Assembly: GCA_051294375.1 (NCBI GenBank)
Contig: CM119270.1
Span: 16,053,452-16,117,451, forward strand
Source: Paraspadella gotoi
Lineage: Eukaryota; Animalia; Chaetognatha
Reading direction: 5' to 3'
Length of the DNA: 64,000 bases
This document shows, one piece after another, positions 26,977 through 39,171 of this stretch. Every line of letters begins with the position of its first letter. The stretch's first letter is position 1. Below the pieces are notes generated by a model, which searched no databases, was not told the origin of the DNA, and saw nothing but the letters and a program-made list of their open reading frames with translations. Both the position numbers and the translations under genes were made by a program.

Positions 26977-29591
26977 TCAACTGCAGCAAGAGCAGTTACG
27001 ACAATCTTGAAACTTCAAAGCCAAAGAGGGAGACGGCGGCTCCGACGAGTCGTCCGCGGAGTCATCATCCTCCACGGAAGAGATACTCGCGCTCCAACTG
27101 ACCGTCGACGCGTGCTTCGCTTTATTTACTTTTTTATGTTTACTCCCTTTCGCGTCCGATTTTTTCTCTTTCAGAATTTTATTAGATTTTTTTCCTTTCA
27201 TTTCTTTTCGCGATATTTTCTCAGTGATTTCTTTATGTTCTCTTCTCTCGGTCAGCAGCTGCCTCGGCTCCGGCGTCGTCTTTTGACTTTCATCCGTCGT
27301 TGGAAACGCGGCGATGGCGGCGACGGCGGCGCTGTCGGTCGTCTTCAGGGTCGAAGGTTTCGGCGACGGCGTCGGGCAGCTCAACAGATCGACGCCGGTT
27401 GGAGCGCCCGCCGCCAACCCGCCCCAACCATCCCCGCAGCCACCGCCGCAAAAGCAAGCCCCGTAAGAAGGACGTCTCGAACACCAAGGGCTGAAATCGG
27501 CGCAGCTTCCGCGGTTCCATCCGCCGTACCCGCCGCCGCAGCATCCGCCGTACCCGCCGCCGCAGCCTCCGCCATAGCCGCAGCCTCCGCCATAGCCGCA
27601 GCCTCCACCGCCACCGCCACCGCAACTGCTGCTACATCCGTTGCTGCAACCGCGAAAACGAAACCCGCCGCCGCAAGCGCCGCTGCCGTCGCCGCCGCAG
27701 AAGCAACCACCGCCGCCTCCGCAGCCCAAGCCCCCCGCGCCGCATCCTCGAGGAAATCGGAAGCTGCGGCAGGAATCGATGTCGAAGGTTCGACGAGACG
27801 TTTGAGGCGTCGGACGAGACGAGCACACCTCGGGACAGTAGGGCGATCGGGGGTGGCAGTAGCATTCGGGAGTGGAAGGAGGACACGGCGAGGTCGGGGT
27901 GCATGGAGGACATTCGCAGCTGGAGGTGGGTAAGGGGGGGGTTGGGAGGTGGTAGGAGGTGGGTAGGGGGGGAGCGACGAAAAAAAGATGTCGGTGGAAA
28001 GGGGGGGGGGGATGATGTTCAAAGCCGCGTTGGGTTTTGGACTTTTGCTTGAGATTTTAATTGATTGATTGATTGATTTGTTTGATTAGATTAGATGGAA
28101 TCGTTTCACTGATTGTTTGAATTAATCGGACGAATTGATCTTTTCAAACGATTAAAAGGAATTATTGATTTATTGATGGGTTGATTTATTTATTAATTGG
28201 TTAGAGCGATTCATTTTTATTATATTACTGATTAAAATAATTTAGAACACGCTTTACATTGGAGTCGCGCATCCGCACAAGTCCTCGTATCTGGATTTGA
28301 GGCGATGCTGACAGGCGGTACACAACCAGGCCGTCTCCGAGAACTGCATCCGGCTGAGGAGGCCTGAAACGAGGCGTAATCACATCAAAAGGATAATAAT
28401 AGAAGGTTCAATCGATCAATAGAAGTCAAACCAATCACGAATAAATCAAAACCTTTCAGTTTGGTCTTTAGCGATAGTCCCGCCTCGTCGTCGTACGCGT
28501 AGATGAATTCGCAGATTTCTCTCATGCAAGCGTCCACCTGCGATGGTGAGAAGGTGGGTATCACTCACGACTCGTCTCACATGTCAGTCTCCTTTCTCTC
28601 AATTTTTTTTTAAATCCATCACCCGCGAAAGACCCTCACCTCGTCCAACTGACACTTCTTCTTCTCCGGACACAACGAGCACCAGGGATTCGGATCCCCG
28701 CACGCGCAATTCCCGCGCGCATGCGTCGTCTGACATCGGAGTCGATCGGTGAAGGCGGCGCGCGACGGACGAGTCTCTATTGTTCGCGGGTTACATCCGG
28801 GTGCCGGAAGGCAGGGATAGGGTTGACAGGGATCGGGTCGGCAGGGAGCGGGGAGGCAGGGATCGGGTCGGCAGGGATCGGGTCGATATCTCACGAGAGG
28901 AAGACAGGGATCGGTTCTAAGAAAGAAGATAGTGTAGGTGTGGTTTATACTTATGAAATTGGTACAACCAATATAAAAATTATCCATTCATTTAATAAAT
29001 AAGCTATCTTGCCCCTGACTTTGGACAGGCTTTGGTGGTTTAAGGCCTCCATCACTCTTACAAGATAATGACATAGCAGGTCCCTGCAAGCTTTCAATCA
29101 AGACTCTCTCACAGTCTCGTTTATTCACTCCCAGAGTACCTGGCTTCCCTATCAATGAAGTGGAAAATATTTCAAAGAATGTTTCAATTGTATGAAAAGA
29201 CCACTCCCTTAAGTATTAGATCGGGGAATACTTATTGTACTCCGCACTAGCATCAAAATACAAGGAGCTGAATTTTATGAAATTGGTATAACTTTGACTA
29301 AAAATCATTATATTTATAAAAAAAACCTACGGAAAGATAAGTTTCAAAAACTAAGTACGTCTTAAAATTTTATAAAAGCTAAGTCGAGCTATCTCTATCC
29401 TTACTCGCAAATGGGCGTGGTCGGACGATCGCATCCGCATTCTGCCCCGCAGCCGGCGCCGCAGCCCGTGCCGCAGCCCGGCGCCCCGGAGACGGCGTTG
29501 TCGCAGTCGTAATTGCAGAGTTTCGTTGCGAAGGGACGACAATCCCGTTTACCGTCGCTCGTGCAGGATTCCAAAGTGCAGTCTTGGAGGA

Positions 29592-29667
<76 letters not shown>

Positions 29668-30230
29668 TGGGGTGAGTTCTAAGTTTGGGAAGATAAGTTT
29701 TGTCATTGACCGTTCACCTCCGTTTTCGCGACAGCATTTGACGAAGCATGGCATTCCTCTCTCTTTGCAGTACTCGTTAAAAGTCCTTCGAGCATTAATT
29801 ATAAATAACAATAATAATAATAACAATAATGAGTTCCATTTTATTAAGACTGCGTTTCTTTTAGACTCGTATCTTTCTTGATAACATCCAGATTCACAAC
29901 GCTCCTTCACTCGCCTCACGTGAGAACATTTCCGCCGATGATTTCGTCAAGCACCGCGTAGTTGCCTTTTCCTTTGAACTTGTTGTGCAGCGCCTCCTTT
30001 TTACTCACCTTCGGCGGGTGGAAGCGTAAAAACAAAATGGCATCGGGGAAGAAAATTAGATATTGAAACTGTTTCGCAGCTTTCCCTACTAAATATTCAC
30101 TAATTAACGCTTTATACTTCTACAATATATTAATATATAATATAATATATTGAAATCTTACCGCCAATTTCGTCCAATAATCTGTGTAAAACTTGGGATC
30201 GCTAAATTCGTCTTTGTACTCCGTAATCAT
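26977..30230 (-). CDS. Cys/Gly/Pro-rich protein of about 604 aa, 8 exons: 30230-30162, 30008-29920, 29785-29718, 29582-29405, 28916-28640, 28537-28453, 28363-28258, 27919-26977
   Basis: All seven GT-AG introns give consistent phases (0,2,1,2,0,1,2) and a total of 1815 nt. Motifs: GCGTGCGAGCG, (PCRPD)n, CECPPCTPTSPC, GCGYGGGCGYGGGC, a Lys-rich block and C-terminal CRNCSCCS. AATAAA lies at 26875-26880. The start codon (MITEYK) is uncertain. Confidence 0.8.
28957..29195 (+). repeat. ~230-bp interspersed intronic repeat, second copy at 36945-37170
   Basis: High-identity match (aagctatcttgcccctgactttggacag...tatttcaaagaatgtttca) in introns of two different genes. Confidence 0.8.
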
Positions 30231-30719
30231 GATTAGTTGACTAACGACAGCTAATTTATACGTCGATATTTATTAAATTTAAATTATACTAATAATCTGG
30301 CGCAGATTGTAAACCGTTTCTGAACGATATCGCAGTTTTCTGACTATCCGATTCTAGCTGCAAACTGAATGTAAAATCTATTTAAAAAATATTCTCAGAG
30401 GTCGGTATAAAACTAAAAGTTGGAAAACATTTTTTAAAAAAATTTTTGTCTCAAGGTTGCGTCTTAACTACGCATTGTTTATCATTTTTATTTTGTTCCG
30501 GAAGCCCAAAACATCTCGTAAACTATTAAACTATGAAAATTAATCGTCGTACCAATTTTTAACAACAATTAAATTTTACCACCTTTTCCGCCAAAATTAG
30601 CGGTAGCCGACCAAATTCAAATTTTAATGGGAAACAGCTTAAACTTAATCCATTATTGGTATTAATTATTGTATTAAAATAGTTTTTTTGCAAAAATGTT
30701 CCGAACCATGAGTAATTCG

Positions 30720-31010
30720 CTAATTAATATTATTATATTGCTATATAATGTCAAAAATTTTTGGGATATTTAAGTTTTTTTAATTGATTCTGATAGAGCT
30801 TAAAAAGTAAAGCAAAAAATATAATTACAACTTTTTAAAATTTTGATGTTTATTACTTAAAATTAGTAAAAACTATTAAAATAATCGGATGATGATGTAA
30901 TGATGATTTTTTAAGGTTTTTACCAGTTTTGACCCACTTATCATCAAAATATTGAAAAAAGAATTATACTTTATGTAGACAACTTTTTATAAGCTATCTG
31001 AATCTGGTTT
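30720..31010 (+). repeat. ~290-bp AT-rich interspersed repeat, diverged inverted copy at 33520-33810
   Basis: Shared blocks gattctgatagagc, aaaatattgaaaaaagaattatacttt, gtagacaacttttt and agctatctgaatctg. It resembles a non-autonomous DNA transposon interior, but no ends were found. Confidence 0.65.
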
Positions 31011-31269
31011 TTAAAATACAAAATTTAAAAAAAAAATTTTGACATTTCCTATCTATAAATAAAAAATTAATTACTAATGCTCTAGCCATTTTAGAAAATT
31101 TTGGTCCATTGAAAGTTTTCTCAGAAATGTATGAAGTTTCATTTGGAAATGTTCCCAAATCAAACTTCTGACCCACCCCATTGACAAAGTTTGGCTCTAC
31201 CAAAATCAGTAAAAAAAAATTGACAATAATCTGACGACGATGATGCGGGCGAAAAAGCGAGAATTTAAA

Positions 31270-31394
31270 GTGGAAAAATACTTTCCCGCCTTTTCCCGCC
31301 AAAGGTCTTTCCCGCCAAAGTGGTAAAATACTTTCCCGCCAAAGGTCTTTCCCGCCAAAGTGGTAAAATACTTTCCCGCCTTTCCCGCCAAAGG
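31270..31394 (+). repeat. Minisatellite with 7 copies of TTTCCCGCC (40-bp period)
   Basis: Unit aaagtggtaaaatactttcccgccaaaggtctttcccgcc repeated about three times. Confidence 0.9.
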
Positions 31395-31515
31395 ACAAGT
31401 GTTCTCAACCATATCTCCCCACATGTAAAATTAACTACTAGTTAATAACTAGGTGTGGAAATACTACCGCTACATAGGCATGGAATCCCCTCACCAAAAT
31501 GGTCTTTCTTCTTCT

Positions 31516-34500
31516 TCACTTGGTCACACTTCCGAGCGCTTTGTCGAGGTTAAAAGAAAGAGAGAGAAAGAGGGAAAGAAAGAGGGAGAGAGCGGAGATT
31601 GACCGAGTTCCGCATCCACAGGGTAGATCTGTGATGAAAAGACGTTGGGTTGGAAAGAGAAACAATGAATTCGGATGGCGTTTGCGGTACAGGTTGGTTA
31701 GGACAAAAATTTGAAAATATTTTCATTGTATTTGATCTTTCTTTTTTTGTTGTTTATAAAGGGGTTTAGAGAGAAAACGAAAATTTCGTTATAACAACAA
31801 GTGAATTTATTAATTATTCGGACATGTTTCGACTCTTATGTTTTTGCGAGTTTTCATCAGCAACTGTTTGTTATAACGAAATTTTCGTTTTCTCTCTAAA
31901 CCGAAAATATTTTCAAAATAATATTTTATAGCAACAGCCGGGTTGCCTGTGATGCCCATTGGGATGGGGAATCTCAGTGTTGGCTTTGGGGGCTTCTGAC
32001 CCTCAGTGACGCCTCCAGTCTCTGGCGCGGTTACCCAAGGACGGTCTCGCTTTGCCAACGCAGAGGGAAGTCGTTAGGACTTGGGACTTGGGATGGTGTG
32101 TTCCCCCTCTGAGCCAGTGGATTTGGCTGAAGGATGGTGCACGCGAGGCGGTGTGAATATACCGCCACAATTTACAAATATTATGAAACAAAATTTGGCG
32201 AACACTTTGAGTTCGTTTAGGAAAATTTTAAGTTTTAAAACTTTGGATCGTTATTTTAACGGTGGCGTCTGTCAGTGTTCCGCATTGAAAATTCCGCATT
32301 GAAAATTACAAATTCAAAACTCACCGGGTGGTTCTTTCATATCCAACTCCGTAACCTGAAAAGTTAAAATTAAAATAAAATTAAATTAAATTAAAATTAA
32401 AGTTAAAATTAATCCATCTCTCATTCATTCATTTTTTTCCCCATTTTTGGATTCCGTAGCAACAAATTCACGGTCGCGACTTGCCTAAATAAATTCACTT
32501 CATATGAGTTTTTCTGCGTTCAAACAGTCGTCTGTCCATGCAATCAATTCCTTTTTATTTTATTTACCGAGGTATAATTTAAAAGCCATCCTATTTTAGT
32601 GAAGTTAAGTTGAATGTCGAAGTCATCCGGCTTGTTTTGCTCGGGGTCTTTCACAACCAAAGTGTCTTCCGTCCATTCGCTATAATAAGGGTTTTTCTCT
32701 CCCATATGCGTTAGGTATCTGTAAAAATATTACTTTAAAACTACTACGAGGTAGTAAGTTTCCTTAATATATAACCCCTGGAATTATTAGTCTGTGGTCC
32801 TTTGAGTTACTATAAATAAGAACCCCCGTTTTATTCCAAACTCTTCATTTTTTAATAAATTTTAATTTAAAAAAAAAAAGTTTTTTTTTCTTCGGCAATG
32901 AATGTTTGGTTTATTATAAAATAAAAACATATGTTTCAACTCTTATTTTGCGAGTTTTTATCATAATTTGTATTTTACAATTAAAACAAACATTTGTTGC
33001 CGAAACAAAAAAGATATTTTTTTTCTTTCTGAATAAAGGATATAAACTGGCGCGTTTTTTTTTAACATGATTGTATATCATAGTTGTCTCAATTGAGTTT
33101 TTAATTTTGAAAATGATCGAATTTCCTTGTGATCCTGTAGCTTCATTAAAATGAAACAAATGACTCAAAAAGGATTCAAGGTACAGTACCTACTTGCCAA
33201 GTTTTAATCAAAGTAACCCAGTTATACAATATACATATATCTGTTACGCCTGCTTAAATACATAGAACAGATAGACCGACAGGCCACAAACCCAGTGTTG
33301 CTTAAAACTTAGAGAGTACACTCGAATTAGGGGGAAACTAACTCTGTAAGGTGGTTAAGAAATTTGAATTAAGCACCTGCTCAAACGAAAATTTAAACAT
33401 TTTTTTAAAAAGTTGAATAGATAAAAATTTTTAATATTACTCCATTCTCCATATATTAATTTTTTAATATTTATTTATAAATAAGAAAGGCTAAAATTTT
33501 TTTCGGATTTTTTTATTTTTAAGATCAGATTCAGGTAGCTTGCAAAAAGTTGTCTACACAAAGTATAATTCTTTTTTCAATATTTTGATCATAAGTGTGT
33601 GAAAAATATGAAAAACTATTTATAATCATCATCATCATCATCATTTTTCGATTATTTTATTACTTTTTCTTAATTTTGACCAAGAAAACCTAAATATTTT
33701 TGAAAGTTGTAGTTAAATTTTTTATTTAACTTTTTATGCTCTATCAGAATCCATCAAAAAAAGTTAAGATTGATTAAAAAATTTTTTTCTCATTATATAG
33801 TAATATTGTAATTTTAATAGCAACAATAAAAGCATTAAAATCAAACTTTTTTTAAAAATTCTTTTTTTACCTAAAAGTAGACTTCAAGACTAAAGTTTTA
33901 ATTTCATAGTAGATTTCTACTCGAATCTAAACTAAAAACTGCCCGTAGTATTCTTACTTGTCAGTGTAATAGCCATATACGTTGGGCTGCACTGTATAGT
34001 TCCTGACTTGGTTATTAATGGCTGAATTGCCAAGACCCAACCGCTCATCGAACCAATTCTCAGTGTACAAGTTGGTCCAAGCTTTAACGTCCGCACAAAG
34101 GGCGTCGCAAATAGGGGTGATCTCCTGGTAGTTGTCGGGCCAAGCGCCGCCAGGAACTCCCCAAGGATAGTGGTCCCTGTCTCCACCGAGATCCGGGCAA
34201 GCTCCACCCACCAAACCAAACTTGCGCCTGTTAGGATGGTTGTGTCCGTACACGGGCAGCCCGATCATTTTGTGAATAGCGCTATCTTCCTCGATGGGCA
34301 GTTCGGGGAAGTAGAGAATCTAGGAGAGAGCAATTTGAAGATTGAAAATATAAACAAAGCTCCAAAAAGTTACGTATGCAAAAAAAATTTAGTTCCATAT
34401 GCATAATCATAAACTAAAGATTTTTCATTATATTCGTTTCACGAAAAAATTATTTTTTTAGTGTACAAGTTTCAGAAAATTTGTACAGTATGTAACGACG

Positions 34501-37325
34501 TAAAAATTACTGAAAACAAAAATCTAAAATTACCAGAAAGTCGTGTCAAACGAATTAACGATTATGTCACAATCTAGCGAAGGTGAAGACTGAAGACTGA
34601 AGAGGCTTAACAGGTTTACCTTTTTCCCCAAATTCGCAGTCAGTTGACGTTGTTTGAGTTGTTGCCAATAAAGACCGTCAGGGCGGACGTATGAAAACGT
34701 GGAGGTTCCTCCGGATGTGACAGAGTCAACTACGGCGATGAAGAAGATGATCAACTGGTTCTTGAGGGGCCGCTCCGCGAGGTAGAGCTCGTACTTCATC
34801 TTTGAGGCGTCGACTCTTTTGAAGTTGATTGTTTGCGGTCCCGCCGAACGCAATTCGTCTCGACTAGAGAAAGAGGTGTGGTAAGGAGACATCTAACTCT
34901 TCAAAGGCTTTATCATTTCATATTTTTCCGGAGAGTACTTATGACAAGATGGAAAAGGATGTCGTCACGCACGAGCATGGAAATTTAAACTTTCTTCCCT
35001 CAAACATGATCTCCAATACGAACCGAATTTATAATTAAATTTTAATGAAAAATGACTCTGTGGCGGTAAATTCACACCGCCTCACGTCCAGCATCGTTCA
35101 GCCATTCCTATTGGCTCAGAGTGGGAACGCACCATCCCAGCCGTTGTGTTCCATCTTCAGTCCTTATGACTTTTCTCTCCGTTTGTAAAGCCAGACCGTC
35201 CTAGGGTAACCGCGCCAGTGACAGGAGGCATCACTACGGGTCGGAAGCCCCCAAAGCTTACCGTGAGATACCCCAACCTAATGGGCATCACTTGCAACCC
35301 GGCTGTTGCCATAACTCACCTTTTTCGTTTAAAATCTGTTGATGCGTCGCCAATCCCGATGTTGATCCACAACCCGGCGTCGGGAAAATGCTTGAGTTGA
35401 ACTACATTCAAATAATGTTCCTTGATATCCAGACCTGAGAAAACGGACTATGTCAAATAATATAATCATTAATCATCTGTGGTCTATAAAACATTGATGT
35501 TAAAGAGACAAAATAATAATTATGAATTGAGGAATAACCGTTCATAAATTACGTAGAGGTCACCTCTGATACGGACTACCATAGAACAGGGGGTTTTTTC
35601 CGGCCCGTCCGACATATCTGCTCGGTGGCTCGGTGACCATTAGGCTGGAAGGCCTCCGGGTTTGGAGGTGAATGACTCTGAATCTCTATGATTATAATCT
35701 TATAGTTTCATAGCCTCATTATAAAGCATGAAATATTTTTCACGGATTAAAATCTACCGCTGACCTGCCCTTCTACCAAGTGGTCCAATCTTGTTTGCCA
35801 TGGGCTGAGCAATAATATACTTCCAGACATCGGCTGCGTAGGGATAATTTGGTTGACCAAATAAGCAGTTAAAGATAGGCAGGTCGATGGGAACATGACC
35901 TTCGTAACTTTTATTGTACTTTTTGTGATAAATGGTGAGGTCGATGTAGTTGAGTGTATTGTTGGCAGAGACTAAATCCTTAAATTATGATTTTTATAAA
36001 TGTAGAGTGTCATTAAACGTTTAAGGGTTACGATAAGTAAAAAAAAAAATCAAATCAAATCTCGCCTTCGGAAATTTGTATCCTGCCTCTCCTTCACCCT
36101 CCAGATAACTGGCGTAGTTGTTCTTGATTATATCGAACTGTTCGACAGTGAGATTCCGATAGTTTGGGTCCACGACCTTGTCGAGGCCCGTCTTGCCCGC
36201 TTTAAGATATTCTCGGATGAACCCGTTGTCTTGCGCGCGCCAGAGTCCGTGCTTGGCTTCTCCGATCAGGGTAAGTACTTGTTCGTTGACCGTCAGATGG
36301 CGGTAGGTGCCTAGCAGGTCGAGGAAAAGCTTTTCGCCATTCCGCTCTGATAATACTACTATCTATACTATTATCTATACTACTATACTACTATCTATAC
36401 CATGCGTTGCAAGAAATCCACTGAGGCTTGGCATGATGGGGATGTCCGAGTTCGTGGTGTAATAGTTTTCGTCGCAACCGTCTCTTCCATGCTCCGTTCC
36501 CTCCGTGCCAACAAATTTCAGAAACCTTGCTGGTAGAAGAAAGATTTTTAAAAAAATTATTTAATACGATGCTCAATGAAGATAAAATTATGATGGACTA
36601 AAATCCACCGACCGTTCATCAGCGGCCATTGCTGCAGGAGGCAAGTCATTCGCCTCCCAACCCAAAAGGTCCGGGGTTCTAGTCCGGTGGTCGCCTCGCA
36701 GTTAAGAGGGACGGGGCGCTTAACCTGCCTGTAACATGGTGTTACTGCCTGATCCGAAGCTCAGGGACTGCTTTTATAGAACGGTTCTGTCACTAAAATC
36801 GTTCTCTTTGCAAGTTTATATGAGCAAGTAAACCACTGCAACTTGTGTTTTTCCCTTCTATTAAACTTCAACAATCAACATTACTTAACTGGTTTTTCCT
36901 ATTCTTTGTGTTTTACTGCATGATTGATTGATCAATGATTTTCTGAAATTGGTACAACAAATTTTCCATTCTTTTAATAAACAAGCTATCTTGCCCCTGA
37001 CTTTGGACAGTTTGGTGGTTTAAGGCCTCCATCACCTTACAAGATAATGACATAGCAGGTCCCTGAAAGCTTTCAATCAAGACTCTCTCGCAGTCTCGTT
37101 TATATCACTCCCAGAGTACCCGGTTCCCTATCATGAAGTGGTATAATATTTCAAAGAATGTTTCATTTTTATGTAATGACATTTCATATTTTTTTTTACA
37201 CGGGGCGTTTTATTCTCACCCTTTTCTGGGCTTTTAGTTTGAGTACTGCAGGCTTTGACGCAGAGAATCGCAGTTGCTAACGCTGCGCCAGTCAGGAGAA
37301 GAGTCCTTCCAAAATAAAGCCTCAT
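31516..37325 (-). CDS. Uncharacterised secreted/anchored protein, paralog A, about 569 aa, 10 exons: 37325-37220, 36529-36401, 36310-36066, 35978-35765, 35434-35320, 34863-34620, 34319-33958, 32718-32568, 32355-32325, 31628-31516
   Basis: Signal-peptide-like N-terminus (MRLYFGRTLLLTGAALATAILCVKA), consistent phases (1710 nt) and exon-for-exon similarity to 59876-63648. C-terminus is DLPCGCGTRSISALSLFLSLFLSLSFNLDKALGSVTK* (hydrophobic). The last exon is less certain. Confidence 0.85.
31821..31860 (-). ncRNA. Minimal type I hammerhead ribozyme (Penelope-like), intronic
   Basis: ttg-CTGATGA-A-AACTC-gcaaaaacataa-GAGTC-GAAACATGTC-cga followed by AATAAA. It sits inside ~35-bp inverted arms at 31763-31797 and 31868-31902. 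Confidence 0.7.
31928..32170 (+). mobile_element. ~240-bp GC-rich interspersed repeat with terminal hairpins (Helitron/HINE-like or SINE), inverted copy at 35059-35313
   Basis: Two diverged copies share the 5' hairpin gcaac-agccgg-gttgc and the 3' hairpin ggcggt-gtgaatat-accgcc. Confidence 0.7.
32928..32964 (-). ncRNA. Decayed hammerhead-like cassette
   Basis: ATGATAA-AAACTC-gcaaaataa-GAGTT-GAAACATATG within imperfect inverted arms (about 32890-33005). The catalytic core is mutated. Confidence 0.4.
35059..35313 (-). mobile_element. Second copy of the ~240-bp hairpin-ended repeat
   Basis: Reverse complement of 31928-32170. It starts about 6 nt after the exon 5 donor of paralog A. Confidence 0.7.
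36588..36796 (+). mobile_element. tRNA(Gly)-headed SINE-like / HINE-like repeat
   Basis: Copy of 44406-44644 located in intron 1 of paralog A. Confidence 0.75.
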
Positions 37326-39171
37326 GGCCGAAGTTAGTTCCGGGCTGATCCTCTCGTGAAGGTTGAAATTACGTTTGGTACAGACTGATAAATCTTCAAA
37401 TGAAGATGATCGCTAACGAGACAAGGAGAAAAACAAGTTTGAGCAAACAATGTCGGATCTGCCTACGAAAATTAATTAATTAATTAATCGATTAATTAAT
37501 TAATTTTAATATTTAATAATTAATTATAAATTTATATACAACTTATCATCATCGATGTCCTTAAAATAAAGTAAATGTGACTTATATTTTTTCCATTTAA
37601 ACCAGAGATGTGGAAGCGATCGATTTTTCGCCGCTGCCAATCCGGCGCTTCCCAAGACCCCTCCCGCTCCCGTTTTCGGGTGCAATCCTTACTTTTTAAG
37701 CCCGGATCGCTTTCGATTTCGAGTGCACATCGCTTCCTTCCTTTAAAAATTTTACATTTGTTATTATTCATAAAAATATTCTCTTTAGACATGTAATTCA
37801 TTGGTAGAATAATTTTAAACAATCTTTTTTATTAACAAATAAAAAAAAAATTGTAAGATTTGTAAGAATCGTTCGAGTGGAAATGAATTTAATAAAAAAA
37901 AAAAAAAAAACCTGTTTCCCTATTTGCTTTTTTTTTATTAAATGTAAATACTAGCTGCATTAATTATTCAATTAATCAATTAATTAATCAATAAATCATC
38001 AATTAACTAATCAACTAATTAATCAAAAAATTAATGAATCAATTTTTTTATCAATCAATCAATTAATAAATAAATTAATTTATCAATCAACTAATTAATA
38101 AATTTATTTATCAATAAATTATTAAAAGAACCAATTAATTAATTAATCAATTAATTAATCAATCAATTAAACAATGTCAGTGTTATCATTGTCGTCATCT
38201 CCAACATCATTGTTGCTTTTTTCCTGGTCAGTGACCTGACAAAAAGACCTAAAAAATAACAGGCCTGATATAAATTTTATTTAATTGATCAATCAATCAT
38301 TCAATTAATCATGATGGTGTTATCCTCGTTGTCATCATCATCATTATCATCATGGTCATCATTTCTTTTGTCAAAATGAAAAGACGAAAAAACAAACAAG
38401 TTTGAGCTAACAATGCCAGAACTGATCAGTTCATAAATTATTCAATCAATTAATCAAATATTCAATCAATCAATCAAAAAATTAAGCAATCAATCAATTT
38501 GTCATCGTCGGTGTTATCATTGTCGTGGCCGCCTTCATAAATTATTTAATTAATTGAAATTGTTTTATAATGTTTGCTGTGACTCAAAACAAGAATTTAT
38601 AGAAAAATTTGAGGCGTATTTTTTGTGATAAAGAAAAACTGGTATTATCAAAAACATTAAAAAAGCAAAAATAATAAAAATATTAACAACAACAACTAGT
38701 ATTTACATTGCTGAGAAAAAGGTCAGCCATGACAAGGTCGGGTAAGAACAGGTCATTCTTATTGACCACTACTGTACTACGGGTCACAAAGTACAAAGAC
38801 TTTGTCGTCGTCTTCGTCATTGTATTCGTCGTCATTGTTGTTTTGGTTCAAATCATTTGAGCTCCCAAATGTTCGATATTATTCTTTTAATTAATCAATA
38901 TGTAATTAATTAAATAATTTATTATTTTTCAACTAATTAATTTATTACCGCTAATGATCGTGGGCAAATCCGGCATTGTTTGCTCAAACTTGTTTATTAA
39001 TAATTTTGATTTATTTATTTTATATATATTGAAGAGACAGTATTTATTGTTATATGTTAATGACAGAACCGTTCAATGTAAGCAGTCCCTGAGCTTCGAA
39101 TCAGGCTGTAACACTGTGTTACAGGCGGGTTAAACGCCCCGTCGCTCTTAATTGCTAGGCGGCCACCGGGC

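Noticed and set aside
30162-31628. Fusion of paralog A and the Cys-rich gene into one ORF via mini-exons 31628-31604 and about 31539-31496
   Set aside because: It needs weak splice sites. Reading straight through gives a hydrophobic anchor-like end that parallels the TM end of paralog B. It cannot be fully excluded without transcripts.
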